Virus record (IMG/VR): IMGVR_UViG_3300037400_002732
Location: 32,001-96,000 of that record
Direction: 5' to 3' (one strand)
Origin: a virus
Taxonomy: Duplodnaviria; Caudoviricetes
DNA length: 64,000 nucleotides
Shown: positions 40,541 through 51,044 of the stretch, in pieces
Position numbering within the stretch: position 1 is the first letter of the stretch
Layout: each line of letters opens with the position of its first letter
Notes under the pieces: generated by a model
The model's input: only the letters and a program-made list of their open reading frames with translations
Databases searched by the model: none
What the model was told of the DNA's origin: nothing
Made by a program: the position numbers and the translations under genes

Positions 40541-41815
40541 TTAATCTTCACCCTTGATAGCCTTGCGGAGACTTTCAACTTGTTCAGCTTGCTGGACAAG
40601 GAGCTGGTCTTCGGCGGCTTGGATTTCTTCGTCGTCAACTTCCGGCGCATCGTCGTCGTAGTTTTCGGAAGAACCGAGAGAAGGCGGACGGAACTTAAAT
40701 TCAGACTTCACGTATTCGTTGATTTCGTAAAGGATGGTTCCAATGTGATCCTTGCGGTCGATCTTGGTAGCAAGAACAACTTGCCAGTCCTTCGGATCAA
40801 TTTTCGGATCCTTGATGACATAGCATTTCTTCTGAGTCTTCTTGCCATTACCTTCCTTCGGCACAGAATTTTCAAGTTCAGGGAACGCGGTCGCGCTATA
40901 TTCTTCGATAAGGCCGGCTTCGAGAGCAATGTCGTGCAGACCATAGTAACGGTTCAAACCAGTCTTGTAGTCGAGATAGAGCTTTGCAGTCTTCTTAGGC
41001 TTGACGAGACGGCTCTTGAACACGGTAGCTTCGAGAATAATACCAGCAACCTTGCTTCTGTCATTCTTGTCCGGAATGTCTAGTGACTTGTGCATGCTCA
41101 AGATGACGGAAGCGAAATACTTTGCGCCTTCACCGTTTGCAATGCGCTTCGGGTCACCATAACCGTCAGTAGCGAGGTAGATATGGTTGGTGATGAACAT
41201 CGGAATACCAAGGTTACCACAGCGGTTGGTAATGTTGGTGAACATTGCCTTGACAACCTTTGCCTTGGTCATGTCTTGCTTGAGTTCACCCTTGGTGGCG
41301 TCATTCATCGTCTTCTTGGTGGACATACCACCTAGTGAGTCAAGAACGATAGCGATCTTACGTTCGTTTGCAAGCTTCTTGCCCTTGTCGGCTTCGAAGA
41401 CATCTAGTAATCCAGCGATAGAAATGAACACGTCTTCGACGGTCGTGTGCTCCTGGATGAGCGTAAACTGATCTTCATTGAAACCATTTTCGTTGATCAA
41501 ATCTTCTTCGTTGGTTTCATGTTCAGTGTCGTAATAGTAAATGAAGTAGCCTTGATCCATCAAGGGCTTTACGAAGTTATTCTTCATCATGTAGGACTTG
41601 CCGGAACCTTGTTCACCAGCCGCCATGAAGAATCGGTTGAGGTGGAAACCACCTTCGATCATGTCACCAGATAGTAATGCGTTGAGCGCATAAGAACCGG
41701 AGTCCACGAAACCGTATTGAGGGTGACGTTGCTGCTTGTCAGCGTAGCGGTCACCAGTTTTGACCTTTGTCTTGAAGAAAGAGAAGTCAGTAGCTGCGAT
41801 ATTTTTCTTTGCCAT
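40541..41815 (-). CDS. uvsX: RecA-like recombinase UvsX
   Basis: DSGSYALNALLSG, GEQGSGKS, YYDTE, VLDSLG, ITNHIY, KSR. Confidence 0.95.
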   Translation of the reverse strand: MAKKNIAATDFSFFKTKVKTGDRYADKQQRHPQYGFVDSGSYALNALLSGDMIEGGFHLNRFFMAAGEQGSGKSYMMKNNFVKPLMDQGYFIYYYDTEHETNEEDLINENGFNEDQFTLIQEHTTVEDVFISIAGLLDVFEADKGKKLANERKIAIVLDSLGGMSTKKTMNDATKGELKQDMTKAKVVKAMFTNITNRCGNLGIPMFITNHIYLATDGYGDPKRIANGEGAKYFASVILSMHKSLDIPDKNDRSKVAGIILEATVFKSRLVKPKKTAKLYLDYKTGLNRYYGLHDIALEAGLIEEYSATAFPELENSVPKEGNGKKTQKKCYVIKDPKIDPKDWQVVLATKIDRKDHIGTILYEINEYVKSEFKFRPPSLGSSENYDDDAPEVDDEEIQAAEDQLLVQQAEQVESLRKAIKGED

Positions 41816-41889
41816 AGATTTTTCCTTGATTTAAGTGTTAGAGTTAGTTGATACTACAAAATGCCTAAAGCGGCGCATTGAGTTTGTCA

Positions 41890-41919
41890 AATGTAGTTAT
41901 GAATAATTTGAATTGCAAA
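41890..41919 (-). promoter_or_regulatory. sigma70-type early/middle promoter
   Basis: TTGCAA-ttcaaattattcataac(17 nt)-TACATT upstream of uvsX. Confidence 0.72.
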
Positions 41920-41924
41920 TTGGC

Positions 41925-42860
41925 TTAAAATCGTAAATTTTGGTCATTTCCTTTAGCGGGCGATAGTAAGTTTATACCTCCTTCAAGAGTTTCCCATGCG
42001 TCACTCAAGCTCATAATAGGCGTCATGAATACGTCCACCTTATCGAACTTGACCTTCGTCCAAGGGAACCGCATCGAGTTTATCTTGAGCGGCTGCCTCG
42101 TCACGATAACATACGGCTTGAACTCGCTAAGCTTCTTCGCGTCGTACGTGCCAGATATGTTTATCAGACTCAGAATGGCTCGATTGTCCACCACGCCAGT
42201 AATTTTTACCGACGGCGGGACATTGGGTTTCAACTCGACAAACGCCAGTGTCTTGCCCCTACCGTTGGTCATGAACAGTTCCTCGTAACGACGGTCACGG
42301 ATGACGGCCAAATACTCGCCAAGGTCAAAATAACCTACCAGAGAACGGTGTCTTGGCATCTGGTAACTGGTATAGACATACCTAGCGATCACTGGTTCGT
42401 ACAGCTTTCCGTTATTGTCCCCAAGGTGCGTCATCAAGTTATAGATGCCCTTCAAGTCCTTTCGGCCATATTCCCTCAACGAAAACTTACGCTGGGCCGA
42501 ATCTACAATGGTCAACGCCCATGTCTCATACCATGAGAACTTCGAAACAAATGTGAACCCGCTAATATTCAGCGACGAATCCTCCGGAAACGAGTTAAGG
42601 GCTCGTGTCAACGCACCCGGCGATGAATCCGCCGCAACCACCGTATCGTTAACCACATGGATATCGACCGTGCGGCCATGCAGCCTTATCGACGGAATAC
42701 CGATACCCATCTTGTTGACATACGGCTCCTCGGTCTTGACAACGTGATCGTCAAGCGAGCCATCGGTCGCCATGCCGAACTCATCGGCAACGGACATGTA
42801 GTCCAACGTACGGTCTTTGACGTACACTAGCTGTTTGGAGCCAACTATTTGAACAAACAT
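41925..42860 (-). CDS. hypothetical protein
   Basis: 311-aa ORF translationally coupled to the gp25 fusion. Confidence 0.75.
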   Translation of the reverse strand: MFVQIVGSKQLVYVKDRTLDYMSVADEFGMATDGSLDDHVVKTEEPYVNKMGIGIPSIRLHGRTVDIHVVNDTVVAADSSPGALTRALNSFPEDSSLNISGFTFVSKFSWYETWALTIVDSAQRKFSLREYGRKDLKGIYNLMTHLGDNNGKLYEPVIARYVYTSYQMPRHRSLVGYFDLGEYLAVIRDRRYEELFMTNGRGKTLAFVELKPNVPPSVKITGVVDNRAILSLINISGTYDAKKLSEFKPYVIVTRQPLKINSMRFPWTKVKFDKVDVFMTPIMSLSDAWETLEGGINLLSPAKGNDQNLRF

Positions 42861-45145
42861 TAGACCATCCTACCACGGTTTTTGAATGGAAGACGAATCA
42901 TTTCCGAACGTGCGCTCGGCAGTACCACGCACAGCAGCAAGTAGTAAAGGTTCTCGCTGTTATCGAATTCGCAAGTACTCTGGTCGCCGTCGATATAGAC
43001 ACGAGGCTCATAGATGCCCACTTGCTGGATGCATTCTTGAAGCAAGGCCATGCCTTCCTCTTGAGAACCTATCTTGAACAGTCGCTGCTCAATACCAGTA
43101 CCGAAGTCTTGGTTAAACAAGCGTTCGCCTGGGTTGGTAAGCAAGATCGAATAGACATTCTGAATCAAGCTGGTTTCGTCAGTGACTTCCTTCATGTTGA
43201 GGAAACCCATGTCACGGTTATACATCGCCGTACGACCCACACGGTCAACGTCGATTACACCCGGCTTCAGCTTTTTAGCCAATGGAATACTTTTATTAAA
43301 CTCGCCACCGCTAACATACACGCTAGCATTGTCATACGTAAGCGGAATAAGCTCACCAGTCGTCGGCTTACGATAGACCATAACAGTGTACGAACCTTCC
43401 AGACCATCTGGAACCACTACATCAAGGTACGTTGAATTACCAGACACTATAGTAGCGGTCTGCGTCCCGATTTGAACCACGTTCGAGAATATTGAGTTGC
43501 CAAAATTATTTACCGACACATCAGTCGGCGTAATACGAATAATTTGGCCGGGTTCAGCCATCGTAGCAGACAAATTAATTTCAAACGGTTCTGGGGTTAC
43601 GCCAGACGATCCGCCGGATATCACGATGTTAGGATAATGCTCACGGTCATCGCAGTTAGCGGACGAAAAGGTAACGCTCGGTTCACCTTCGCCTATAACC
43701 TTAATCGCAATCGACGGCGTGTACGACGCATTTCCAGACAGCCAATCCGAAATTATGCTGGACGCAATCTGAATAGTCACAGAACGACCATAATTGGTCG
43801 CGCCGCCACTCTCACTATATGTATGGTCGTTGTTATCATGTTCCAATGCTGGATTATACAGAGTCGCATTGCCTATAGGAATACCAGTAAAATGTTCCTT
43901 GATTTCGTCATACGTCATTGACGGACTCCATCCAGCAGAATCCATCTGATACAGCATAATAGTGGCTTCGCTATACGTCATATCCTCAACGAACAAGGTT
44001 AGTTCGGCAGACGCAGTTTCTTCAGCACTAATGATATTAGATGCAAACTGCAAACAAACGATAGACTCTCTAGAACCACCACGGCAAATCAACTGCTTGC
44101 TGTTGCTATGGTCAGTCTGTACGTCTCCAGTCTCAAAATAAGTATCGATTTTCGGCGTCAGCAGAATGGTATTTTCATTAGGGTCATAAACCGGTGCGTT
44201 ACTCAACTGAGTGTCAACACCAGAACGAGTACCACTAGACGATACCACGGGCCAGTTAACTGGAACGGAACTGGCTGGAATTCTAGCACAATACATAGTT
44301 TTAGCAACGACAGTCGAATCACCAAGGAATGCATTGACCTTAACTTTTGAACCGTTAACCTCAAGTACTCTGCACAGAACTGTCCCGATACTCATACTAT
44401 CACCAACCATCATAACTGGTGTAGCTTGCAAGTTAAATTCGCCAAAATTAAACTCGGCACTTTCGTCGCTCAAACGAGTATAGTGGATATTACCGCAATC
44501 AAAGTAGCATACTCGCCACTTAGACAATGTATAGCCTTCTGGAGTAATCTCAACATCTATGTCAGCATCCGTATAATGCTTAACATCATAACGGTACACG
44601 TTGCCAGATACCTTATGAATAGTAAACGTGCCGCATATACGAAGACTGTTTGGGCCCAGCAAGTGCTTGCTAGCCAATTCGCTATTCGAAATAGTTACCG
44701 AATCACCATCATTCAATGAACTGTTAGCCAGTTCAAGAAACACCTCATTCGTCTTAACTATAATACGGCGTATATCGACTTCCGACTCTTTGCATTCGAT
44801 CAACAAATTCATTGGATTCTTGGCATCGCGTATTGCCGATTCAGAATCGTCAGAGAAATTGTCCGAAAAGTTAACCACGTTGCGGCCAACCGAAATGGGA
44901 ACCACCAGCTCCGTATTGAACTTGTGAGCGTCAATGCGCGGTTTACGAAATTCGCTTTTCCAGTCATCGTATGTAGTGCCAGCAACATCCGTAGTAAGAC
45001 CATAGCCAGTTGTGCCGTAATATGACTGAGGCCCATTGTAATAAAGGAACAGTCTTGCTCGGTACTCACCAGCAATTACATCCGACAAGTTAATCACATA
45101 CGTCGGCTTATTAGTTGTGTACTGTCGAGTTGCGTCTACTCGCAT
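42860..45145 (-). CDS. gp25: baseplate wedge gp25-domain protein with large N-terminal beta-rich extension
   Basis: C-terminal SLIQNVYSILLTNPGERLFNQDFGTGI..LF..YEPRV; upstream DNRLRE/CBM96-like and IPT/TIG-like segments. Confidence 0.8.
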   Translation of the reverse strand: MRVDATRQYTTNKPTYVINLSDVIAGEYRARLFLYYNGPQSYYGTTGYGLTTDVAGTTYDDWKSEFRKPRIDAHKFNTELVVPISVGRNVVNFSDNFSDDSESAIRDAKNPMNLLIECKESEVDIRRIIVKTNEVFLELANSSLNDGDSVTISNSELASKHLLGPNSLRICGTFTIHKVSGNVYRYDVKHYTDADIDVEITPEGYTLSKWRVCYFDCGNIHYTRLSDESAEFNFGEFNLQATPVMMVGDSMSIGTVLCRVLEVNGSKVKVNAFLGDSTVVAKTMYCARIPASSVPVNWPVVSSSGTRSGVDTQLSNAPVYDPNENTILLTPKIDTYFETGDVQTDHSNSKQLICRGGSRESIVCLQFASNIISAEETASAELTLFVEDMTYSEATIMLYQMDSAGWSPSMTYDEIKEHFTGIPIGNATLYNPALEHDNNDHTYSESGGATNYGRSVTIQIASSIISDWLSGNASYTPSIAIKVIGEGEPSVTFSSANCDDREHYPNIVISGGSSGVTPEPFEINLSATMAEPGQIIRITPTDVSVNNFGNSIFSNVVQIGTQTATIVSGNSTYLDVVVPDGLEGSYTVMVYRKPTTGELIPLTYDNASVYVSGGEFNKSIPLAKKLKPGVIDVDRVGRTAMYNRDMGFLNMKEVTDETSLIQNVYSILLTNPGERLFNQDFGTGIEQRLFKIGSQEEGMALLQECIQQVGIYEPRVYIDGDQSTCEFDNSENLYYLLLCVVLPSARSEMIRLPFKNRGRMV

Positions 45146-45152
45146 GGTAAAC

Positions 45153-47468
45153 CTACCTTGTCAAATGTCCTATCGCACCGTCGTCATCATCGTCATCATC
45201 GTCGTCATCGTCCCTAAGTACCATGTCGTCAGCTGGATCAGACTGTTCAGATGGTTCAGACGGCGTGGCGGTTTCATTGGAACCACCGTCCAGATCAATC
45301 ATAGGCTCATCGTCATCGTCAATCGTAAACAAATCATCGGATTCATCGGATTCTGCCGGAGTGTCTGGGGCATCTGCTGTCGGAGGAGCCTCTGGCTGCT
45401 CAGCCTCTGGCTCTTTCTCGTTTTCTTTCGCTTTATCTTTTTTCTTAACGGCAACGTTCGCAATGATAGCCCAGTCTTGATCCGTCATTTGAGTGCCATA
45501 TACATTAAGCTTTTGAGATATCACATCAAACGCATCAACCACTTTTGGGAGCAAGGTAGGATCGATATTGTATTCGTTTCCTTTATCTAACTCATTAACC
45601 AGCTTGCCAATAGTAGTCACACTCTCTTGTCCATCCAACTTGACTGGAGTCTGGGATAGCTCTTTCCATCGTATGTGATTATTGAGATACTCCATGAAAA
45701 CAGACGCCAATGACATGACTACTGGTTTAATCTGTTCAAAGTCTTCCTTGGTCGCTGATCCTTGGCTCAGCGCATAATCAAGCGTGTTGAATTTTTCATA
45801 CAAGTCACGCACTGGCTGCGTCATACGCTTGAAAATATGCTTGAAATTATGTTCATTTTCGGCATTCTCATCGGCTGATATATCCGTCTCGTAAGCAGTG
45901 TCCATCGCAGACATCATGTCGATCAGACGAACCTTTCCGCCAGTCGGAATAGTCTGCATGAATTCATAATATTCTTTCTTCAAGGCGTTACGAGCTTTAG
46001 CTTCTTCGCTAGTAGACACTGCATCAGTTTCTTCATCACTGAACGTAACCGAATCGAAAACCTTCTTCAACTTGCGCTCGATATTAGTAAAGAATGAACC
46101 CAATTTTTTAGCAGTATTGTCCACCACGTCAGCCAAACTCCGATTGAACGCAAGACCGTTAATTCTGCTCAGCTTACTGATTAGCTGCCCAATCTTGAAC
46201 TCATCAACGGTAACAATAGGATAGTCGCTACCGCCATAATGACAAGTACGTTGAGAAAGCTTGATTCCCTTGCCACCTTGATAAGCAAACTCAAGCAAGA
46301 AAGATGACAACGACGACACGGACTGTACCAATAAGTCCTCATTATTCAGCGAAACTTGAGGCATGGGAACATTTACCAGTATAGGAGTCTTATCGGCGAC
46401 AGCAACATAGGCCCTAACAGCAGACATTACGTTCTTAATCGAGTTGACAAATTTATCCATAATTTCTTTATGAATCGATTCGCCAGTATCTCCCATGTTA
46501 CCCATGTTGGCATGACCCTTCGCAATCTGTTCGTCAAGGCTATTATTTACACTGTTGGTATCAGCAGAATCATCCAGCTGAAGACTCGTCTGAGTCGCGC
46601 TTTCCTTCGCTTCTTGTACACTCGTCAGCATAACGTATTTACGAAGTTTAGAACCAGGATCACTGATTGCCTCAGCAAATTTTAGACCTTCTGCTGGGCT
46701 CAGTGCAATAGCATACTCGGTGGATCTTCCCTTTACCAGATCCATTGACTTCGGCGTAATTCCGCATAGCTGAAGAATGCCAGCACGGCCACCCTTTTCA
46801 TCAATTACTCGGTTACCGTTTTCGTCAATTCGCGTAAACTCTCTACCACGTTTACCAAGCAATATACGCAATCCGTTGACGCCTCCGTCAATAATCCATT
46901 CATTTTGGCCACTCTGATCCATACGGAATTTACATACAACGTTTTTATTATTTTCTTGCAACCACGTCAATGCCTTCGCAAGTTCAGCAGTTGATGCATC
47001 GGATCCAGCGAGTCGTGCAATCGGCTCCTTCGGAGCAAACCAAGCGACATTCTCCTTGATCTCGTTAGAAAAGTCGTACGTTCTGATGCCAGCTGTGCTA
47101 GAGTTTTTCGCATTATTGATAATGGCGAAGATACTACCCTTTCGAGTATCAAAGCTCTCTGGATGGCCATTCATCACATCAGCCAGCATTCGCTTCAACT
47201 GCGAAATCACGGTAGGATTTTCAGAATTTCGTTCAAACATGTCGAACTTGGCTTGCTTTGCATCAGCATACTGACCAATCGGCTTGTTAAGACGGTGATT
47301 TTCTTCAGTCGCCAACGACAAGGCAACTGCCATAAGCTTCGAGGTATCAACGTTGTTACTGTCGATATAACCATCGGCAACCATCTGGAGCCATGTTCTC
47401 AGTTCAATGTACAACAGCTTAATTTGTGATACCGAATCAACCTTCGCTTCTTTGTAAAAATTAGCCAT
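45153..47468 (-). CDS. hypothetical late protein with acidic tail
   Basis: 771-aa ORF ending in poly-Asp; in an ATAAACT-led operon. Confidence 0.8.
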   Translation of the reverse strand: MANFYKEAKVDSVSQIKLLYIELRTWLQMVADGYIDSNNVDTSKLMAVALSLATEENHRLNKPIGQYADAKQAKFDMFERNSENPTVISQLKRMLADVMNGHPESFDTRKGSIFAIINNAKNSSTAGIRTYDFSNEIKENVAWFAPKEPIARLAGSDASTAELAKALTWLQENNKNVVCKFRMDQSGQNEWIIDGGVNGLRILLGKRGREFTRIDENGNRVIDEKGGRAGILQLCGITPKSMDLVKGRSTEYAIALSPAEGLKFAEAISDPGSKLRKYVMLTSVQEAKESATQTSLQLDDSADTNSVNNSLDEQIAKGHANMGNMGDTGESIHKEIMDKFVNSIKNVMSAVRAYVAVADKTPILVNVPMPQVSLNNEDLLVQSVSSLSSFLLEFAYQGGKGIKLSQRTCHYGGSDYPIVTVDEFKIGQLISKLSRINGLAFNRSLADVVDNTAKKLGSFFTNIERKLKKVFDSVTFSDEETDAVSTSEEAKARNALKKEYYEFMQTIPTGGKVRLIDMMSAMDTAYETDISADENAENEHNFKHIFKRMTQPVRDLYEKFNTLDYALSQGSATKEDFEQIKPVVMSLASVFMEYLNNHIRWKELSQTPVKLDGQESVTTIGKLVNELDKGNEYNIDPTLLPKVVDAFDVISQKLNVYGTQMTDQDWAIIANVAVKKKDKAKENEKEPEAEQPEAPPTADAPDTPAESDESDDLFTIDDDDEPMIDLDGGSNETATPSEPSEQSDPADDMVLRDDDDDDDDDDDGAIGHLTR

Positions 47469-47480
47469 ACGAATATCCCC

Positions 47481-48482
47481 TTATTGATTGTCGTCTGATT
47501 CAGTATCGCCAGACATGAACTCAGTATAGAATGCGTTGTAGCGAAGCCACTGGCCAACATTGACCGACCCAATGACACCAACAATGCCGTCAGCACCTTC
47601 GGACGGAGGTGTAATCGTTATACCGATCAATCCAGCATGGCTTAGCAAGGCCGCAGACACGATAATATTCCAGTCGGCAGCCGAATTAAAGTTAAACTCT
47701 TCTGGGAAGTCTTGGAACGTATAATTCACGTCGTGAGCCGAACGATAATACGAGTCATCAAGCGGAGGCAGCTTTTCGCACAGCCCAGTAATTTTGACTG
47801 AATCTGGGTTGTTATCCGCCGCGCTGTAATTGAAGAACGCGATAGGCTTCGACTTGTCATTCTGGAGAGCTATGACGGACGGCAACCTCATTGTAATCGT
47901 CTGATTCAACACATCGCCAGATTGCACCGTAGCTGGAGTCATATTAAGCGACATGGGTGAATTGGATGGCAATACTCCGTGAAGCGCACCAACAAACGAC
48001 TCGACGCTAAATCCGCCGTCGCACAGTTGCTTGGCGGAATTTCGCAAGTTAAATTCGTCCTCGGTATGTCCAGGAACATGAGGAAGTATTTCGTAGAATA
48101 GCTTTTCGGAAATCATGAATGCGCCAAACTCGTCGGCCATACCAGCAAATACTGGGCCCCTAACAAGCATGGCGAGCATGCTCGTGCCGTAGTCGATATC
48201 GTACTTCTTACCAGATACGGACTTCTTGAATTGTTCCGGACTTACGGTCATTGCGAACAAGTTGCATCGTTCTTCCCATGGGTTGATCCCCTTGTCCGCA
48301 AACGACTCGTGATAATATTGGTTAGCAATTCTCTGGTATGTATTGGCGAAACGGTTCTTCAGTGCTCCGTTTTTAGTGTCGCCAGCCGCAGTAAAATAGT
48401 CTTTAATGCCGAACGCTCGGAACATGTCGATCCAAGTGTCGCCAACGAAAGTTTTATCGAGTTCTGTAGCCATGACTTCCAC
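47481..48482 (-). CDS. hypothetical late protein
   Basis: 333-aa ORF (ATG start possibly 48473); AGTTTAT at 48501-48507. Confidence 0.8.
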   Translation of the reverse strand: MEVMATELDKTFVGDTWIDMFRAFGIKDYFTAAGDTKNGALKNRFANTYQRIANQYYHESFADKGINPWEERCNLFAMTVSPEQFKKSVSGKKYDIDYGTSMLAMLVRGPVFAGMADEFGAFMISEKLFYEILPHVPGHTEDEFNLRNSAKQLCDGGFSVESFVGALHGVLPSNSPMSLNMTPATVQSGDVLNQTITMRLPSVIALQNDKSKPIAFFNYSAADNNPDSVKITGLCEKLPPLDDSYYRSAHDVNYTFQDFPEEFNFNSAADWNIIVSAALLSHAGLIGITITPPSEGADGIVGVIGSVNVGQWLRYNAFYTEFMSGDTESDDNQ

Positions 48483-48515
48483 GAGTACTAATGTACACGC
48501 AGTTTATCAGTTAGG

Positions 48516-49673
48516 CTACAGCAAATATTCCGGAAGATCTATCAAAACAGGCACTTCTTCGGTGTCTCCATCCTCGTCTGGATTGACGATCATGTCTGGT
48601 ACATTATCGTCTGGAGCAGGGCCATGCACCTCTTCGTCAAGTTCCCTAAGCATCTTGAGCAAGTACACATAACTTTCAAGAAACTCGTCGTCATCCACAT
48701 CGACATTAGCCAACGGCAAACGCTGTTCGGCAACAGTAGCGACGGCGGTATTGTAGTACCTGGCGTCATTCGGAATCCACACGTCAAACATGAACCCATT
48801 CGGCGTAGCTTGGCTGCCAACCCTAACAATGTCGGGGTCGCCACCAACCAAGATTACTTCATTTCCCTCTGGGAATGGATCTTCTTCCTTGGTGAAATCA
48901 CGGTACGGACGCAGCGTCTTTGACATAAGCCTATCCAGCACATATATGTCATAGAGATATCCACCAGGCAAGTATAGGCTTCCCAGTGACGATATAGTGC
49001 CGCTCTGAATCGACATGGAGACGAGATTATGGTCAATTTCGGTAGTATTGAACAACGGAGAATGCTTTGCGTAGTCAAGGACAAACTCGTTTACATTCAC
49101 TTGTTTCGAAACGAAACCAAGCGACACGACGTTATTGCATCCTTGAGTACTCAGCAGTTTGATTACACGGTTCGCGCCGTCCTCAAACTTAGCGTCGTTC
49201 TCGTCAATGCCCTCAAATTCGACATGGACTGGCAAGATATACGGAACTCCGCCATAAATCATAACGAAGCACAGCTCGGTTCGTGCATACATTCCTAATA
49301 CGCCACTTGCGGTAAACAGCTTTACCGGAGGCGAGTTGTCCGGATATCGTTTCTTCAAGTCCGCGATATATGTCTTGACATCGGTAGCCAAATCTTCGCC
49401 GTCAATGTCAGAAATGTAGGACACCAGTGCCTTATTACAGTTACGCACCAGTCCGCTCGATACAGCTCCGCCATGAGTAGCTTCGGCAAACGTATCGCCC
49501 ATTACTCGCTTGGCGTAGGCCATCGTCGAGATTATCCTACCACGGCAAAACCAGTCGGCAAACCTAATTGCCGACTTCTTGGTTTTCTGGACAACCGACA
49601 CTGCCTTCGATTTGACCTTGGCCTTTACAGCCAAAGCCTTCGACTTTATCTTAGAGATCAGCAACATCGACAA
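48516..49673 (-). CDS. hypothetical protein
   Basis: 385-aa ORF with Lys-rich N-terminus and acidic C-terminus. Confidence 0.75.
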   Translation of the reverse strand: MSMLLISKIKSKALAVKAKVKSKAVSVVQKTKKSAIRFADWFCRGRIISTMAYAKRVMGDTFAEATHGGAVSSGLVRNCNKALVSYISDIDGEDLATDVKTYIADLKKRYPDNSPPVKLFTASGVLGMYARTELCFVMIYGGVPYILPVHVEFEGIDENDAKFEDGANRVIKLLSTQGCNNVVSLGFVSKQVNVNEFVLDYAKHSPLFNTTEIDHNLVSMSIQSGTISSLGSLYLPGGYLYDIYVLDRLMSKTLRPYRDFTKEEDPFPEGNEVILVGGDPDIVRVGSQATPNGFMFDVWIPNDARYYNTAVATVAEQRLPLANVDVDDDEFLESYVYLLKMLRELDEEVHGPAPDDNVPDMIVNPDEDGDTEEVPVLIDLPEYLL

Positions 49674-50031
49674 TCAGTCCCAAGCTGCCCTTGACTTCGT
49701 CATACCTCGGTTTGAGCGCGGCATTCATAAGCGAAAGTTCTTCCAGCTTGATAATGGTTTCGGTAATGGCCTTGGCAATCACTTCAGGCACTTTGGACTT
49801 GTCGTATTCGACTTCAAAGTCGTTCTTGACAACAATCTTGCCATCCTCATCGCGGCCAACTCCAGCCTTTTCGTATTCTTCATCGGAAACATTCACCGAG
49901 TCAAGAAACTCGTCGAACTTCACTCGGATGGGCCAAGTGCAGCCCAACTTCTGCGAATTGTTGATGATGTTGATACGGTCAGAAACCTTCAATTTAACGA
50001 TATTTGACATAAAGAAATCCTCTTTGTTCAC
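49651..50031 (-). CDS. hypothetical protein
   Basis: 126-aa ORF downstream of dnaJ (start possibly 50010). Confidence 0.7.
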   Translation of the reverse strand: MNKEDFFMSNIVKLKVSDRINIINNSQKLGCTWPIRVKFDEFLDSVNVSDEEYEKAGVGRDEDGKIVVKNDFEVEYDKSKVPEVIAKAITETIIKLEELSLMNAALKPRYDEVKGSLGLIVDVADL

Positions 50032-50987
50032 TAAATTACATCATTTATACGGCTATCGCGCCATTCTTGGGCATGCTTGATATCTTCCTTCGAACGCTCG
50101 ATATTGACCGATACCAAGAAATCCACATTACCAATGCGCTTCTTGACTGGAAGATGATCGAAATCATTCGCCTCCAGAGTAATGTATTCAGACCATGCGC
50201 CGACCGTCAGACGCTTCGTAACGCCTAGCACAACATCTTCCGGATATACCGATACGGTAACTGGGACAGCCTTTAGATCTGGGTCATAGTTTATTCCGTT
50301 CACTGGCTGAACCGCAAACGAAATCATCAAGTGTCCATTTATGCCACCATGGACGCCACTATGGCCAGCATAAGGCACACGCATCTTTAGTGCGCCGGGA
50401 ACATAACGGATGACCTTCTCGACTACCTTCTTAGTAACGCCCTTGCCTCTACATACCGTACATGGTTCAGCGAACACCGTGCCCTTTCCTTCGCAGACCT
50501 TACATGGTTGACGCTTTCCTTCAAGTATGACATAGCCATAGCCACCGCATACATGGCATGTATGCTCCCTATTTCCGCCAGTTCCGTCACACTGGAGACA
50601 TTCGACATTTCTGGTGAACTTAATCGGCATCGCATCGATACCACCGATGAACACGTCCACCGGAATCTTCACCTTGAGATTCACGTTCTTGCCGTTCTGC
50701 AGCTTTGGATCGACCTTCGGCGGATTCTTGAAATTTTCAGCCACGGTAGGACGGCCAAATACGGAAGACAGCATATTGAAGTCGGCAACAAATGCGTTCT
50801 TGGAATCATACTCCTTTCGTTTTTCCGGAGTATCAATCAAGGCATACGCCTCATTGAGTTCAATCATCTTGGAGTCGTCGCCGTTATTCTTGTCTGGGTG
50901 ATACTTACGAGCAAGCTGCTTGTAACTAGCCAAGATTTCGTCGTCAGTTGCGTCAGGCTTCACGTTTAGCACTTCGTATGCGTTCAT
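50031..50987 (-). CDS. dnaJ: DnaJ/Hsp40 co-chaperone
   Basis: J domain with HPD and four CxxCxGxG repeats (CLQCDGTG, CHVCGGYG, CKVCEGKG, CTVCRGKG). Confidence 0.92.
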   Translation of the reverse strand: MNAYEVLNVKPDATDDEILASYKQLARKYHPDKNNGDDSKMIELNEAYALIDTPEKRKEYDSKNAFVADFNMLSSVFGRPTVAENFKNPPKVDPKLQNGKNVNLKVKIPVDVFIGGIDAMPIKFTRNVECLQCDGTGGNREHTCHVCGGYGYVILEGKRQPCKVCEGKGTVFAEPCTVCRGKGVTKKVVEKVIRYVPGALKMRVPYAGHSGVHGGINGHLMISFAVQPVNGINYDPDLKAVPVTVSVYPEDVVLGVTKRLTVGAWSEYITLEANDFDHLPVKKRIGNVDFLVSVNIERSKEDIKHAQEWRDSRINDVI

Positions 50988-51044
50988 AATGGTCTATTTC
51001 CCTAATTAACTGATAAACTACATTAAAATCAATCAGAGACCACA

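Noticed and set aside
4340-42085. Intragenic ATAAACT/AGTTTAT copies (near 4342, 7445, 38487, 41970, 42077)
   Set aside because: A 7-mer occurs several times by chance in 64 kb, and these lack the 24-34 nt spacing to a start codon
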